Source: Candidatus Nomurabacteria bacterium (GTDB lineage Bacteria; Patescibacteriota; Minisyncoccia; Phycocordibacterales; UBA9973). From it: a stretch of 64,000 bases of DNA. Below the pieces are notes generated by a model, which was not told the DNA's origin, made no database searches, and saw nothing but the letters and a program-made list of their open reading frames with translations. Below are positions 49,206 to 58,459 of this stretch, in pieces; within the stretch, counting starts at the first letter, position 1, and each line of letters begins with the position of its first letter. The stretch is taken from NCBI GenBank assembly GCA_026395955.1, contig JAPLXR010000008.1, positions 5,179-69,178 of the forward strand, given 5' to 3'. The position numbers and the translations under genes are program-made.

Positions 49206-50960
49206 TTATTCTAAAATCGCTTTTATACGGCGGATACCTTGTGCTACAGCTTCTTCTTTTTGGATTTTGAAGTGACCAAGTTCAGATGTATTTGAAACGT
49301 GAGGCCCACCACAAAATTCCGCACTAAAAGCGCGTCCTGAGCTTGTCGAAGGATTTTCTTCGCCTATAAAATAAACAGATACAGTTTCAGGATACTTTGC
49401 TCCGAATTCCATTTGAGCACCTATTTTTTCAGCTTCAGCAAGCGGCATCTCACGACGGACGACATTTAAATTAGCTTTTATTTTTTCATTTACTAAATCT
49501 TCTACTTTTTTCTTCTCTTCATCTGTAAGTTTGTGATCACATACGAAATCGATACGTAAACGCTCTTCAGTAATATTACTTCCGCGTTGTTTTATATCTT
49601 TACTTACTACTTCTTGTAACGCTGCGAGTAATAAATGGTGTGCGGTATGAAGTCTGACAGTTTTTTCATTATGATTTGCGAGTCCGCCCTTAAACATCCC
49701 AGCAGATGCAGTTCTAGAAAGTTCTTGATGTTCTTTCATTTTTTTATGAAAATCTTCCAAATCTACCTTTATATTTTTTTCATCAGCTAATTCTAAGGTT
49801 AATTCTATCGGAAAACCATAAGTAGTAGCTAAAATAAAAGCATCTACACCTTTTTCAAATTCTTTTTTACCTTCATGAATTGTTTTAGAAAATTTATTTT
49901 CTTCTTCTTTCCAAATATTTTTTACAAATTCACTATTTAAATTTTCGTAAGTTCCTACGTATTTATCTACAAAAATATCTATAATTCTCTCAGCTAAATG
50001 TGAATCAAATTCCAAAACACTCATTTTAAAAACTGCTCGACGTATGAGACGACGAAGAACATAACCTTGATCTTTATTACTAGGAATAACTCCATCAGAA
50101 ATAAGGAAACTTGAAGTACGAATATGGTCTGTAACTACGCGTGCTAATTTTTCAGAATAATTCTTAGCATTATCTTTTATTAAATTCATTACATCTGAAA
50201 GTATATCTGTATCGTATGCAGTTTTTTTATCTTGCATAACAGCAGTAATTCTCTCGAGTCCAGCACCTGTGTCTACATTCTTTTGTTTCAATTTACCGAT
50301 AACTTTTCCATCTTTCTTTTCGTATTCCATGAAAACATCATTCCAAATTTCAATGACTGTTTCTTTTTTAGTTGCATCGAGAAAACCTTCGTGAATAAGG
50401 TCACCTACAGTTCCATCCATATCATAAAACATTTCACTACAAGGGCCACAAGGTCCATTGTCGCCAGGACTCCACCAGTTATCTTCTGCAGGTAATGCAT
50501 AAATTCTATTTTCTGGAATTCCTAGACTCATCCAAATATCTTTTGATTCTTGATCATAAGGTGCATTATCATCACCTTCGAAAATAGTCACATACAGACG
50601 TGATACATCGAGGCCGAGACCTTCTTCTTTACTAGTTAAGAATTCATAAGACCATGAGATTGCTTCCTTTTTAAAATAGTCTCCGAGTGACCAATTCCCC
50701 ATCATTTCAAAAAAAGAAAAATGGCGATTGTCTCCGATATCATCGAGGTCTCCTGTACGGACGCATTTTTGTACGTCAGCGATTCTTTTACCCATTGGAT
50801 GTTCTTGGCCAAGGAGATATGGTACTAGAGGTTGCATTCCGGCAGTATTAAAAAGCACAGAAGGGTCATTTTCTGGAACGAGTGATGCAGAAGGGATTAT
50901 TTTGTGCTCCCTAGCCTCAAAAAACTTTAAAAATCGTGTTCGTATTTCACTTGATTGCAT
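49206..50960 (-). CDS. alaS: alanine--tRNA ligase (short, no C-Ala domain)
   Basis: LFNTAGMQP, QKCVR, FFEMMGNWS, DTGAGLER, HTAHH, EFCGGPHV. Confidence 0.96.
   Translation of the reverse strand: MQSSEIRTRFLKFFEAREHKIIPSASLVPENDPSVLFNTAGMQPLVPYLLGQEHPMGKRIADVQKCVRTGDLDDIGDNRHFSFFEMMGNWSLGDYFKKEAISWSYEFLTSKEEGLGLDVSRLYVTIFEGDDNAPYDQESKDIWMSLGIPENRIYALPAEDNWWSPGDNGPCGPCSEMFYDMDGTVGDLIHEGFLDATKKETVIEIWNDVFMEYEKKDGKVIGKLKQKNVDTGAGLERITAVMQDKKTAYDTDILSDVMNLIKDNAKNYSEKLARVVTDHIRTSSFLISDGVIPSNKDQGYVLRRLIRRAVFKMSVLEFDSHLAERIIDIFVDKYVGTYENLNSEFVKNIWKEEENKFSKTIHEGKKEFEKGVDAFILATTYGFPIELTLELADEKNIKVDLEDFHKKMKEHQELSRTASAGMFKGGLANHNEKTVRLHTAHHLLLAALQEVVSKDIKQRGSNITEERLRIDFVCDHKLTDEEKKKVEDLVNEKIKANLNVVRREMPLAEAEKIGAQMEFGAKYPETVSVYFIGEENPSTSSGRAFSAEFCGGPHVSNTSELGHFKIQKEEAVAQGIRRIKAILE
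49335..49353. repeat. REP-like imperfect palindrome inside alaS
   Basis: TCCTGAGCTTGTCGAAGGA (sense TCCTTCGACAAGCTCAGGA, encodes PSTSSG). Confidence 0.65.
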
Positions 50961-50998
50961 TCCTATATATTAGCAGAAAAGAGACGTTTTTACAAAAA

Positions 50999-51472
50999 TT
51001 ATTTACCGTCAAATTTATTTGAAATTCTATCGATTATCTTTTTCTCTAAAAACCAAAGTACAATAAAAATAAACAGTGCGAGTATTGTAGCTATAATAGC
51101 TAAATCATAAAGGCCAAAACCTACAGCAATACCTATACTAGCAGCAACCCAAAGGCCTGACGCAGATGTAATACCTATAATACGAGACTCTTGATGAAGA
51201 ATAACTCCAGCACCTAAAAATCCCATACCAGTGATAACAGCTGCAGCTATTTGAAAAGGATTAATACTAATATTTGAAAACGGTAAGTATTTTAAAACCA
51301 TTAATTCAGAAATAATTATTAAGAGAGCTGAACCCATAGCAACAAGTGCATAAGTACGCATACCTGCAGTCTTATGAGCAACGTATCTTTCAATACCTAT
51401 CACCATACCGAGAGTCATAGATAAAACTAGTTTAATAATAATATCACTATTTTGTGTAAAAAATTGAGTCAT
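50999..51472 (-). CDS. MgtC/SapB family membrane protein
   Basis: GMVIGIER, AGMRTYALV, ITGMGFLGAG, GITSASGLW. Confidence 0.92.
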   Translation of the reverse strand: MTQFFTQNSDIIIKLVLSMTLGMVIGIERYVAHKTAGMRTYALVAMGSALLIIISELMVLKYLPFSNISINPFQIAAAVITGMGFLGAGVILHQESRIIGITSASGLWVAASIGIAVGFGLYDLAIIATILALFIFIVLWFLEKKIIDRISNKFDGK

Positions 51473-51488
51473 GCTACTATTATAGTAT

Positions 51489-52211
51489 ATGGAAAATAAA
51501 ACACAAAGTTTAACTAGCTTCGGTTTAATATTAGGTCTCTCTATTATTATAAGTTTCGGTTTAGGGTCTTATACTTTTTACAAACTTCGTACAGGAGACA
51601 CTATTTCTGTAACAGGCTCTGCTATGAAAGAAGTAACTTCCGATAAAGTAAAATGGACTTCTAGTATTACACGTACAGCTAAAGCAAGTACTATAAAAGA
51701 CGGGTACACAGCTATGGATGCTGACCTAACTGCAGTAAAAGATTTTTTGAAAACAAATGGAATAAATGACACAGATATAGTTATCTCTCCTATTTTTATG
51801 AATGAAATATATGATCAAAACGCTCAAGCAGAAAAGAATTATAATTTAGTTCAAAATATTGAAGTTCAATCTAGTGATATACAAAAAATCACAGACCTTT
51901 CAAAAAATACAACACTCGTAACAACAAAAGGAATTTTATTTTCTACAAATTCTCTAGAATATTATTATTCTAAATTAGCTGATATGCGAGTATCACTCTT
52001 ACCTGAAGCTATCGCTGATGCAAAAGCTCGTGCTGAAAGTATCGCCACTGCTGGAGGAAATAAAATCGGAGCTATAAAATCTGCATCATCTGGTGTAGTT
52101 CAAGTTCTCTCTGCAAACTCTGTTGAAGTTTCAGACTATGGCTCATATGATACTTCAAAAATACAAAAAGATATCATGGTAACAGTCAAAGCCAGCTTCG
52201 CTATAAATTAA
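51489..52211 (+). CDS. SIMPL domain (DUF541) protein
   Basis: N-terminal TM, ISVTGSAMKEVTSD, EAIADAKARAE. Confidence 0.85.
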   Translation: MENKTQSLTSFGLILGLSIIISFGLGSYTFYKLRTGDTISVTGSAMKEVTSDKVKWTSSITRTAKASTIKDGYTAMDADLTAVKDFLKTNGINDTDIVISPIFMNEIYDQNAQAEKNYNLVQNIEVQSSDIQKITDLSKNTTLVTTKGILFSTNSLEYYYSKLADMRVSLLPEAIADAKARAESIATAGGNKIGAIKSASSGVVQVLSANSVEVSDYGSYDTSKIQKDIMVTVKASFAIN

Positions 52212-52221
52212 ATATTAATTA

Positions 52222-52251
52222 AAAAATCCCGACTTAATTGTCGGGATTTTT
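52222..52251. terminator. bidirectional terminator
   Basis: AAAAATCCCGAC-TTAATT-GTCGGGATTTTT. Confidence 0.8.
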
Positions 52252-52258
52252 GTTTTAA

Positions 52259-54091
52259 TTAATTTTTAAAAACTTTCGATTCTAAAACATATTTAACTGC
52301 TCGGTCATCTTTCCAGAAAAAACAAACATATCTATTGTCTATAATTTCTGGGCTAAGGCTAATTTCAATTTCAATACTAGAAAATTTACCATTCTTTTTT
52401 ATAAAAATATCCCATGGTATCCATCCTTTTTTAGGACTTCTAAAACCAAGAAAATTTTTCCAACCAGGAAAATCCGAATAAAATATTTCTGGGTTTTTAG
52501 GTAACTTACTGTCTCTTTTTTCTAAACGAAAATTTCTAATACGTTCATAATCAGAAGAACTTAATATACCTAACTTTTTACAAGCAACGCTTGCATCTTG
52601 CCAAGTTTGATACTTAGTTCCAAGAAAAACTTTCCAACCTGGAAAATCTGTATAAATCATTTGCGGATTTGAATGTAATTGTAAGCTGATTCTTCGATAA
52701 CATTTTTTGTATTCTTCCTGTGAACGAATACTGGCTAGCATAATAACGCTACTCGCCTCTTGCCAAGTCTCATAGTAACCTTCTTTTAATGCTTTGATTA
52801 AATCAAGTACATCTACCAAATCATCAGTAAGCCTGAAATCAAAACCTTTTCCAGAAACGTTAAGTTTATCTCTAAAAATTGGCTGATTACCTAACTTTTC
52901 TAATGTTTGAGAGAATTGAACAACTTTATCCATAAGATTTCTTACAAAAATTAAACGCTCTACGTTCGCAACAAAATCTAAATAAATAGCCTTTCTTTTA
53001 GAATCTAATTTTCGTAAAGGTCTCCCTAACTGTTGTAGAAATACCGTTAAAGAATCTGTTGCACGTAAGAATACAGCAATCTCGGCACTAGGTACATCAA
53101 TATCTTCGTTCAATTTATTTATTGAAACTAAAAATTGTACCTTATTTGCACGGAAATTTTCCATCACCTTTCTATTATGAGATTTACCCATTTTAGAATG
53201 AATAACTTCAACATTTTTCCCTTTTTCTTTTAACTTATCAAAAACTCTTTCTGCGTGAATTATATTTTCACAAAAAATAAGTGTTTGACGTGGCTCATCA
53301 TTTTCAGGAAAAGCATATTTAAAAATTTCTTCAAATACACTTTCATCCAATGAATCAATAAAGATAGTTTCATTTAATTGTTTAATTGAAATCCTTTTAC
53401 CTTCTTCTAAAACTTCTTTGCAAATTTGTTTTAATTTTTGAGTAGAGAGTCCATGAGAACAAATATGATATTCAATATCTGCAATCATATTTTTTGCAAT
53501 TGCTTCTTCGAGAGTAATTTCATAAATCACTTTATCAAAAATATCTAGAATATTTTTACCATCCATTCTTTCTGGAGTGGCAGTCATTCCTATCTTTGAA
53601 CAAATAAAATAATCAATCACTTCTTTGTAAGTCACAGCTTGTCCACCATGAGCTTCATTTACGATAATAAAATCAAAATGTTCTTGATTGAACATTAAAT
53701 ACCATTTTTCATACTGATTATTTAAAGATTGAAATGAAGCAAAAACCATATCGGCTTCTGTTACAAAATCGTCCTTACCATAACCAAAAAAATTAGCACT
53801 TCTAACTTTATTTTCTCCTAAAATCAACTCAAATCTCTTTCGTGCCTGATCAACTCCTTCATTTTCATCGTATAAATATAATCCTTTCATTTTATGAATA
53901 AGAATACAATTACGAGCAACAAAAGAAGCTTCAACACTTTTCCCTGTAGCTGTAGGTTGAACTACAAGCCCATTTTCACCATTAAGTATAGTTTCAGTCA
54001 TTATTTTTATGATTGGAACTTGATAATCAAAAGGTAAAAAGGGCGGAGGTAAAATCTCTCCTGCATAAATATTCTTTTTAGTTTTCAACAT
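52259..54091 (-). CDS. SF2 (ResIII/DEAH-like) helicase with two C-terminal repeats
   Basis: QPTATGKS, IIVNEAH, GMTATPERMD, LIFC, QQLGRPLR; two YxTWQxAS...FPGWKxFLG repeats. Confidence 0.85.
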   Translation of the reverse strand: MLKTKKNIYAGEILPPPFLPFDYQVPIIKIMTETILNGENGLVVQPTATGKSVEASFVARNCILIHKMKGLYLYDENEGVDQARKRFELILGENKVRSANFFGYGKDDFVTEADMVFASFQSLNNQYEKWYLMFNQEHFDFIIVNEAHGGQAVTYKEVIDYFICSKIGMTATPERMDGKNILDIFDKVIYEITLEEAIAKNMIADIEYHICSHGLSTQKLKQICKEVLEEGKRISIKQLNETIFIDSLDESVFEEIFKYAFPENDEPRQTLIFCENIIHAERVFDKLKEKGKNVEVIHSKMGKSHNRKVMENFRANKVQFLVSINKLNEDIDVPSAEIAVFLRATDSLTVFLQQLGRPLRKLDSKRKAIYLDFVANVERLIFVRNLMDKVVQFSQTLEKLGNQPIFRDKLNVSGKGFDFRLTDDLVDVLDLIKALKEGYYETWQEASSVIMLASIRSQEEYKKCYRRISLQLHSNPQMIYTDFPGWKVFLGTKYQTWQDASVACKKLGILSSSDYERIRNFRLEKRDSKLPKNPEIFYSDFPGWKNFLGFRSPKKGWIPWDIFIKKNGKFSSIEIEISLSPEIIDNRYVCFFWKDDRAVKYVLESKVFKN

Positions 54092-54135
54092 TTCTTAATT
54101 TTTAAAGGTTCATATTTATATTTAAATTCAAAAAT

Positions 54136-54165
54136 ATATTAACATATTAAATATGCTTTTGTCAA
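54136..54165 (-). promoter_or_regulatory. sigma70-type promoter of the helicase gene
   Basis: TTGACA-18nt-TAATAT on the minus strand. Confidence 0.6.
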
Positions 54166-54201
54166 CATAAAATACAGTTCTTTTTATAACTATAGATAAT
54201 T

Positions 54202-54732
54202 CTATTTATTATAATTCTCTAAAACCAAATCTATATTTGAGCCTTTGATCATTGCTCCGAGATGTGGTAATAATTTCTTTTTATAAGATTCAAATAGTTC
54301 TTTATCTTTCTGTGTCATTGCACTATTTTTTTGCATTTCAACTTCAAAAATATTGCCGACATTTTTAACTTTATCAATATAAAAAACAGTATTATCTTTC
54401 CTCCATATTTCCCTCTTCTTTTCTACTATTGCTCGTACTCCAAAAACTTTAATTAGAAATGGTAACAGTTCTGCATCTTTTACTTTATAAACTTCTATCT
54501 TTGCTAATGTATTTTTACCTTTTACAAAATTTGGTCGTTCATAATAAATAAGTTCTTTGTCTTGTACACGAAGTTTTAATCTAGGAAATACTCTAGTCTT
54601 ATCTATAGGTAAATTAAAAAAATAATCTTTCTGATTCTTAATAATTTCCTTTTTAGCTCCAATTTCTTTTAATACACTTCGTATTTTATTGAAATCATTA
54701 CAAAAATATTTTAATTCTAAATTTTGTTTCAT
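54202..54732 (-). CDS. CYTH domain protein (class IV adenylate cyclase-like)
   Basis: NLELK (ExExK-like), QKDYFF, LKLR, VEKKRE, IDKV..VG.IFEVE. Confidence 0.85.
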   Translation of the reverse strand: MKQNLELKYFCNDFNKIRSVLKEIGAKKEIIKNQKDYFFNLPIDKTRVFPRLKLRVQDKELIYYERPNFVKGKNTLAKIEVYKVKDAELLPFLIKVFGVRAIVEKKREIWRKDNTVFYIDKVKNVGNIFEVEMQKNSAMTQKDKELFESYKKKLLPHLGAMIKGSNIDLVLENYNK

Positions 54733-55158
54733 TTATGAAAATTTTATTATTATTATTGACCCAGCGAATACTAAAAGTCCACCAAGTAGAAAATAAATAT
54801 TTGGCGTTGATTTAAAAAATAAATATGTAAATAAAACTACAAAAAATGGATATGCTATCTCTATAATTGAAGCATCAGCTGAACCCATAATCTTTATAGC
54901 TGAAAAAATACAAAAACTCGCTATTCCTGCCAATATAACTGAAAGTATCATTAAAGCTAAGTTTATTTTACCTGATTGTAATATAGGTTTTATAGAATGA
55001 CTAAAAAATAAAAACGGTAACATTAGTAGTGCTGTTAATATTGAATCAAAAAAAAGTAATGCTATCGGTGAAGCATTCTTTAAAATTTTTTGATCAAGAG
55101 TATATACAAGTCCCCACATGATCGCCGCACCTATTGCATATATAAATCCTGTATTCAT
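54733..55158 (-). CDS. half-size EamA/DMT membrane protein
   Basis: AAIMWG, 5 TMs, ASIIEIAYPFFV. Confidence 0.8.
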   Translation of the reverse strand: MNTGFIYAIGAAIMWGLVYTLDQKILKNASPIALLFFDSILTALLMLPFLFFSHSIKPILQSGKINLALMILSVILAGIASFCIFSAIKIMGSADASIIEIAYPFFVVLFTYLFFKSTPNIYFLLGGLLVFAGSIIIIKFS

Positions 55159-55182
55159 AAATATATTATACCAGACAAATAA

Positions 55183-55208
55183 AAAATCCCGAATTACTTC
55201 GGGATTTT
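55183..55208. terminator. terminator after 55211..55543
   Basis: AAAATCCCGAA-TTAC-TTCGGGATTTT. Confidence 0.75.
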
Positions 55209-55210
55209 AA

Positions 55211-55543
55211 CTATGTATTCATTTTATGAACAATAATTTTTTTCTTCTGTTTAGCGCCAATTGCTTCTAACTCCTTTTTTATTTTAGGAAGTTCTTTTTT
55301 TAATCCCTCAGCACTAATTATTTTTTTAAACTTACCTTGTGCCCATTCTTTATGAAATTTTTCTGTAATAATACGAGCTTTTTCTGTAGCTTCTTTAGGA
55401 GAAAGAGAATCTCGTACAATTAGAGCACCTATTCTAACTCCTTGAGAAAATCCAAGTTGTCGATCTGAGTGATTTACAAAAGGTTCTAAACCAGCCATTT
55501 CCTGAGACATTAAAAATATCTCTAAATCAGTCATTTTTTTCAT
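55211..55543 (-). CDS. hypothetical protein
   Basis: 110-aa ORF with own TTGACA promoter (55604-55609) and terminator. Confidence 0.6.
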   Translation of the reverse strand: MKKMTDLEIFLMSQEMAGLEPFVNHSDRQLGFSQGVRIGALIVRDSLSPKEATEKARIITEKFHKEWAQGKFKKIISAEGLKKELPKIKKELEAIGAKQKKKIIVHKMNT

Positions 55544-55611
55544 TTTTATAGTATTAATTTACAAAGTTATATTTAATTACAGATTATAACTTTTTAGTAT
55601 ATTTGTCAAAA

Positions 55612-56070
55612 TTACTGTTTATGAAATTCGTAAGACAAATCATTGTATTCTTTTGTATCATAAAGCTTTACTCCATCATCATGCCATAAAGCAAAATATT
55701 TTATTCCATTATCGAGGGCAAGGCGACTACACACAGTACAATAAGGTTCACCTGATTTTAAAATATTACCTTCTTCATCAACCCTCGTAAAATATAAAGT
55801 ACTACCTGTTATATCTTTTATATTTTTAATAGCATCAATGATAGATCTCCACTCAGCATGCAAACAACAAGTCCTATCAGATTTTGGTTTTTTAGAATCA
55901 ATTAGATCAAGACTGCATTTTCTTTGACTTAAATCATTATTTACAGGAGCATTGAAACCTCTTCCAATTATTTTACTATCTAAAACTATAATTGAACCAC
56001 ATTTAGCTCGTAGACATAATGCTTTTTCTGCTTCTATTCCTGCTTCTTTAAAATAATCTTCGTGATTCAT
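55612..56070 (-). CDS. zinc-dependent cytidine/dCMP deaminase family protein
   Basis: C.RAKCGSII, GFN, HAE, PYCTVC. Confidence 0.88.
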   Translation of the reverse strand: MNHEDYFKEAGIEAEKALCLRAKCGSIIVLDSKIIGRGFNAPVNNDLSQRKCSLDLIDSKKPKSDRTCCLHAEWRSIIDAIKNIKDITGSTLYFTRVDEEGNILKSGEPYCTVCSRLALDNGIKYFALWHDDGVKLYDTKEYNDLSYEFHKQ

Positions 56071-56726
56071 TAGTTAAATTCTAAATATTTACCTTCAGTT
56101 ATAACTTCTACTTTTCCATCTATAACTTTAAGTGCAGATTGATCATCTACAACGTATATCTTTTCAGTCATTCCATTAACAGCTTCAATTATATTTTCTT
56201 CGCGTACTTTTTTAAAGTATGAATTATTCAGATGAGGTAAAAAATAAAAATCTACATAATTAAGTCCAGAAATATTTTCTGTTTCATCTAAATCTTCTTC
56301 ATAAACAACTTGTGAAAGTTTTAGGTTCAAATCTTTATTGGTCACCATACTACCAGCACTCACACCAACGTAAACTTTAGTTTTTAATAATTCTGGCAAC
56401 AACTCTTTTAATCCAGATTTATTTATCCATTTCATTAAATGATAGGTACTTCCACCTTCAAAAAATAAAATATCAGATTCTTCAAGTTTAGATCGCCATA
56501 TTTTTTCTTCAACAGCAGATATATCCGCAATATCAATTTGTTTGAAATTTAGATTTTTAAGATTTACTAAATCATTTATATACCATTCTTTATCTCCTTT
56601 TTCTAAGTTTGATGCTGTAGGTATAACAACAATAGAAGTATCTTCTGGTTTTTTACCAACCAAGTCAAAAAGGGCTTTTGTTATTGAATTATTTGTAATC
56701 CCAGCTGAAGTTAAAAGTATTTTCAT
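56070..56726 (-). CDS. peptidase S51 (peptidase E-like)
   Basis: IPTAS, FEGGSTYHL, YVGVSAGSMV, PH. Confidence 0.88.
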   Translation of the reverse strand: MKILLTSAGITNNSITKALFDLVGKKPEDTSIVVIPTASNLEKGDKEWYINDLVNLKNLNFKQIDIADISAVEEKIWRSKLEESDILFFEGGSTYHLMKWINKSGLKELLPELLKTKVYVGVSAGSMVTNKDLNLKLSQVVYEEDLDETENISGLNYVDFYFLPHLNNSYFKKVREENIIEAVNGMTEKIYVVDDQSALKVIDGKVEVITEGKYLEFN

Positions 56727-56756
56727 ATCTATATAATATCAAAAATAAACTTAAAT

Positions 56757-58448
56757 CTAAAGTTCTTCTTGAGAAGGCAAAATACGCAAAGCTTTCCAGA
56801 ATTTTGATTTTAAAGTTTCTACGAATTCTTTTATTTCTTCATTTTTAAGCAAATACAGGACAATACCTCCGACAACTAATCCTACAAATCCTGATATTAA
56901 ACCTTGGAATAAAACCCCCCAGAATGTCGTCGTTCCAAAAAATGGTTCTATTATATACAAAGTTCCATATGCTGTCGCTCCGATAAAAAATGAAGCTCCG
57001 AGACTTTGAAAAAAAGATTTAAAAATAAAAGTTTCTCCTTCCATAAAGTCTTTTCGAACTGCAACCCAGTGTAAAACAAAATTCAAAATAGTTCCGAGTG
57101 AATATGCGAGTGGTAACATCAATATAGCTGTACCAGGTATATTTGAAACTTTAAACATTGATTCTATAAAATATCTAAATAAAGGATAATCATTGAAAAC
57201 ATGAATCAATACATATGCAAGTAAAATAATTAACATAGAACAAGCTACATTTATTATCAGAGGTTTTTTTGTTTCTCCTGTCGCATAATACGCACGGGAA
57301 AGAAGTGAAATCATACTTTGTGCAAAAATAGAAATTGAAAATAGAGCAAGTGATGCAGCAACGAGACGTGTACTATCCCAAGAAAAAGATCCGGAGCCCA
57401 ATATCACACGCACTATCTGAGCACGCAAAACTATAAATAAAAATGTAATAGGTAATGTCCAAAAAATAATTGCACGAGCAGAAATTCGTAAATGTTTTTT
57501 AAATTCACTTTTGTTTTCACTAGCATAAGCACGGGCAAGCAATGGAAATGCTGCCACAGCATAGGATAGACCGATTAGACCTTGAGGAATAGCTTGCAAA
57601 TTTGTCGCAAAGGTAAAAACAGAAATAGAACCTGCGGTCAAAAATGAAGCAAAGGAAACTATTACAATCAAAGCCATAGAATTTGCTGATAGTCCGAGTG
57701 TACGAGGAAGAGATGTATTCAAAACTTTTTTAATATTTGAATAGTCTATTTTTGAAGTTAATTTTGGTTTGAAGCCAAGCATAGCAGAAGCGATAGCTTG
57801 AATAAGAAAATGTAAAATTGCTCCGAGTACTACACCAAAAGCTAGACCTTTAATCCCCCATATTGGATAGAAGAATATTACTCCAGCTATGATTCCAAAA
57901 TTATAAAAAATAGGACTTAGAGAATATACGAAGAAACGATGAAATAATTGTGTAATAGTTCCAAAAAGATTTGAAAGACCGAGCAATATAGGAGAAAGTA
58001 ACATAATACGAGAAAGTATTACGACTTGGTATTGCATATCTGCATTAAATCCTCCCGCTGTAAGGTTCACTATATATGGAAGTAAAATAAAGATAATTAC
58101 AGATATAGCTACAATAGCTACTAAAAATACTGTAAAAATTTGTGAAATAAAATCACTAGCTTCTTTGTTGACTTCACTTTCATTTTCACCTACTTTCATT
58201 TTTTCTAAAATAAAAGGAACGATGACAGTAATAGAAACGAGAGAAGAAATAGAAACGAAAATAAAATCTGGAATTCTAAATGCTGCATAATACGCATCGA
58301 GAGCTGGTGATGGACCGATGAAGTGTGCTATAGATCTATCACGAAAAAGACCTAGGACTTGAGACAAGAGATTAAATAGGCCAAGCATAAGTGCTGCCTG
58401 ACCTAAATTTCCAAACTCTTTATTTATAATTCTTAAAATTTTATTCAT
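56757..58448 (-). CDS. murJ: lipid II flippase MurJ
   Basis: SQVLGLFRD, DAYYAAFRIPD, about 14 TMs, RAYYA. Confidence 0.92.
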   Translation of the reverse strand: MNKILRIINKEFGNLGQAALMLGLFNLLSQVLGLFRDRSIAHFIGPSPALDAYYAAFRIPDFIFVSISSLVSITVIVPFILEKMKVGENESEVNKEASDFISQIFTVFLVAIVAISVIIFILLPYIVNLTAGGFNADMQYQVVILSRIMLLSPILLGLSNLFGTITQLFHRFFVYSLSPIFYNFGIIAGVIFFYPIWGIKGLAFGVVLGAILHFLIQAIASAMLGFKPKLTSKIDYSNIKKVLNTSLPRTLGLSANSMALIVIVSFASFLTAGSISVFTFATNLQAIPQGLIGLSYAVAAFPLLARAYASENKSEFKKHLRISARAIIFWTLPITFLFIVLRAQIVRVILGSGSFSWDSTRLVAASLALFSISIFAQSMISLLSRAYYATGETKKPLIINVACSMLIILLAYVLIHVFNDYPLFRYFIESMFKVSNIPGTAILMLPLAYSLGTILNFVLHWVAVRKDFMEGETFIFKSFFQSLGASFFIGATAYGTLYIIEPFFGTTTFWGVLFQGLISGFVGLVVGGIVLYLLKNEEIKEFVETLKSKFWKALRILPSQEEL

Positions 58449-58459
58449 TAATTAATCTA

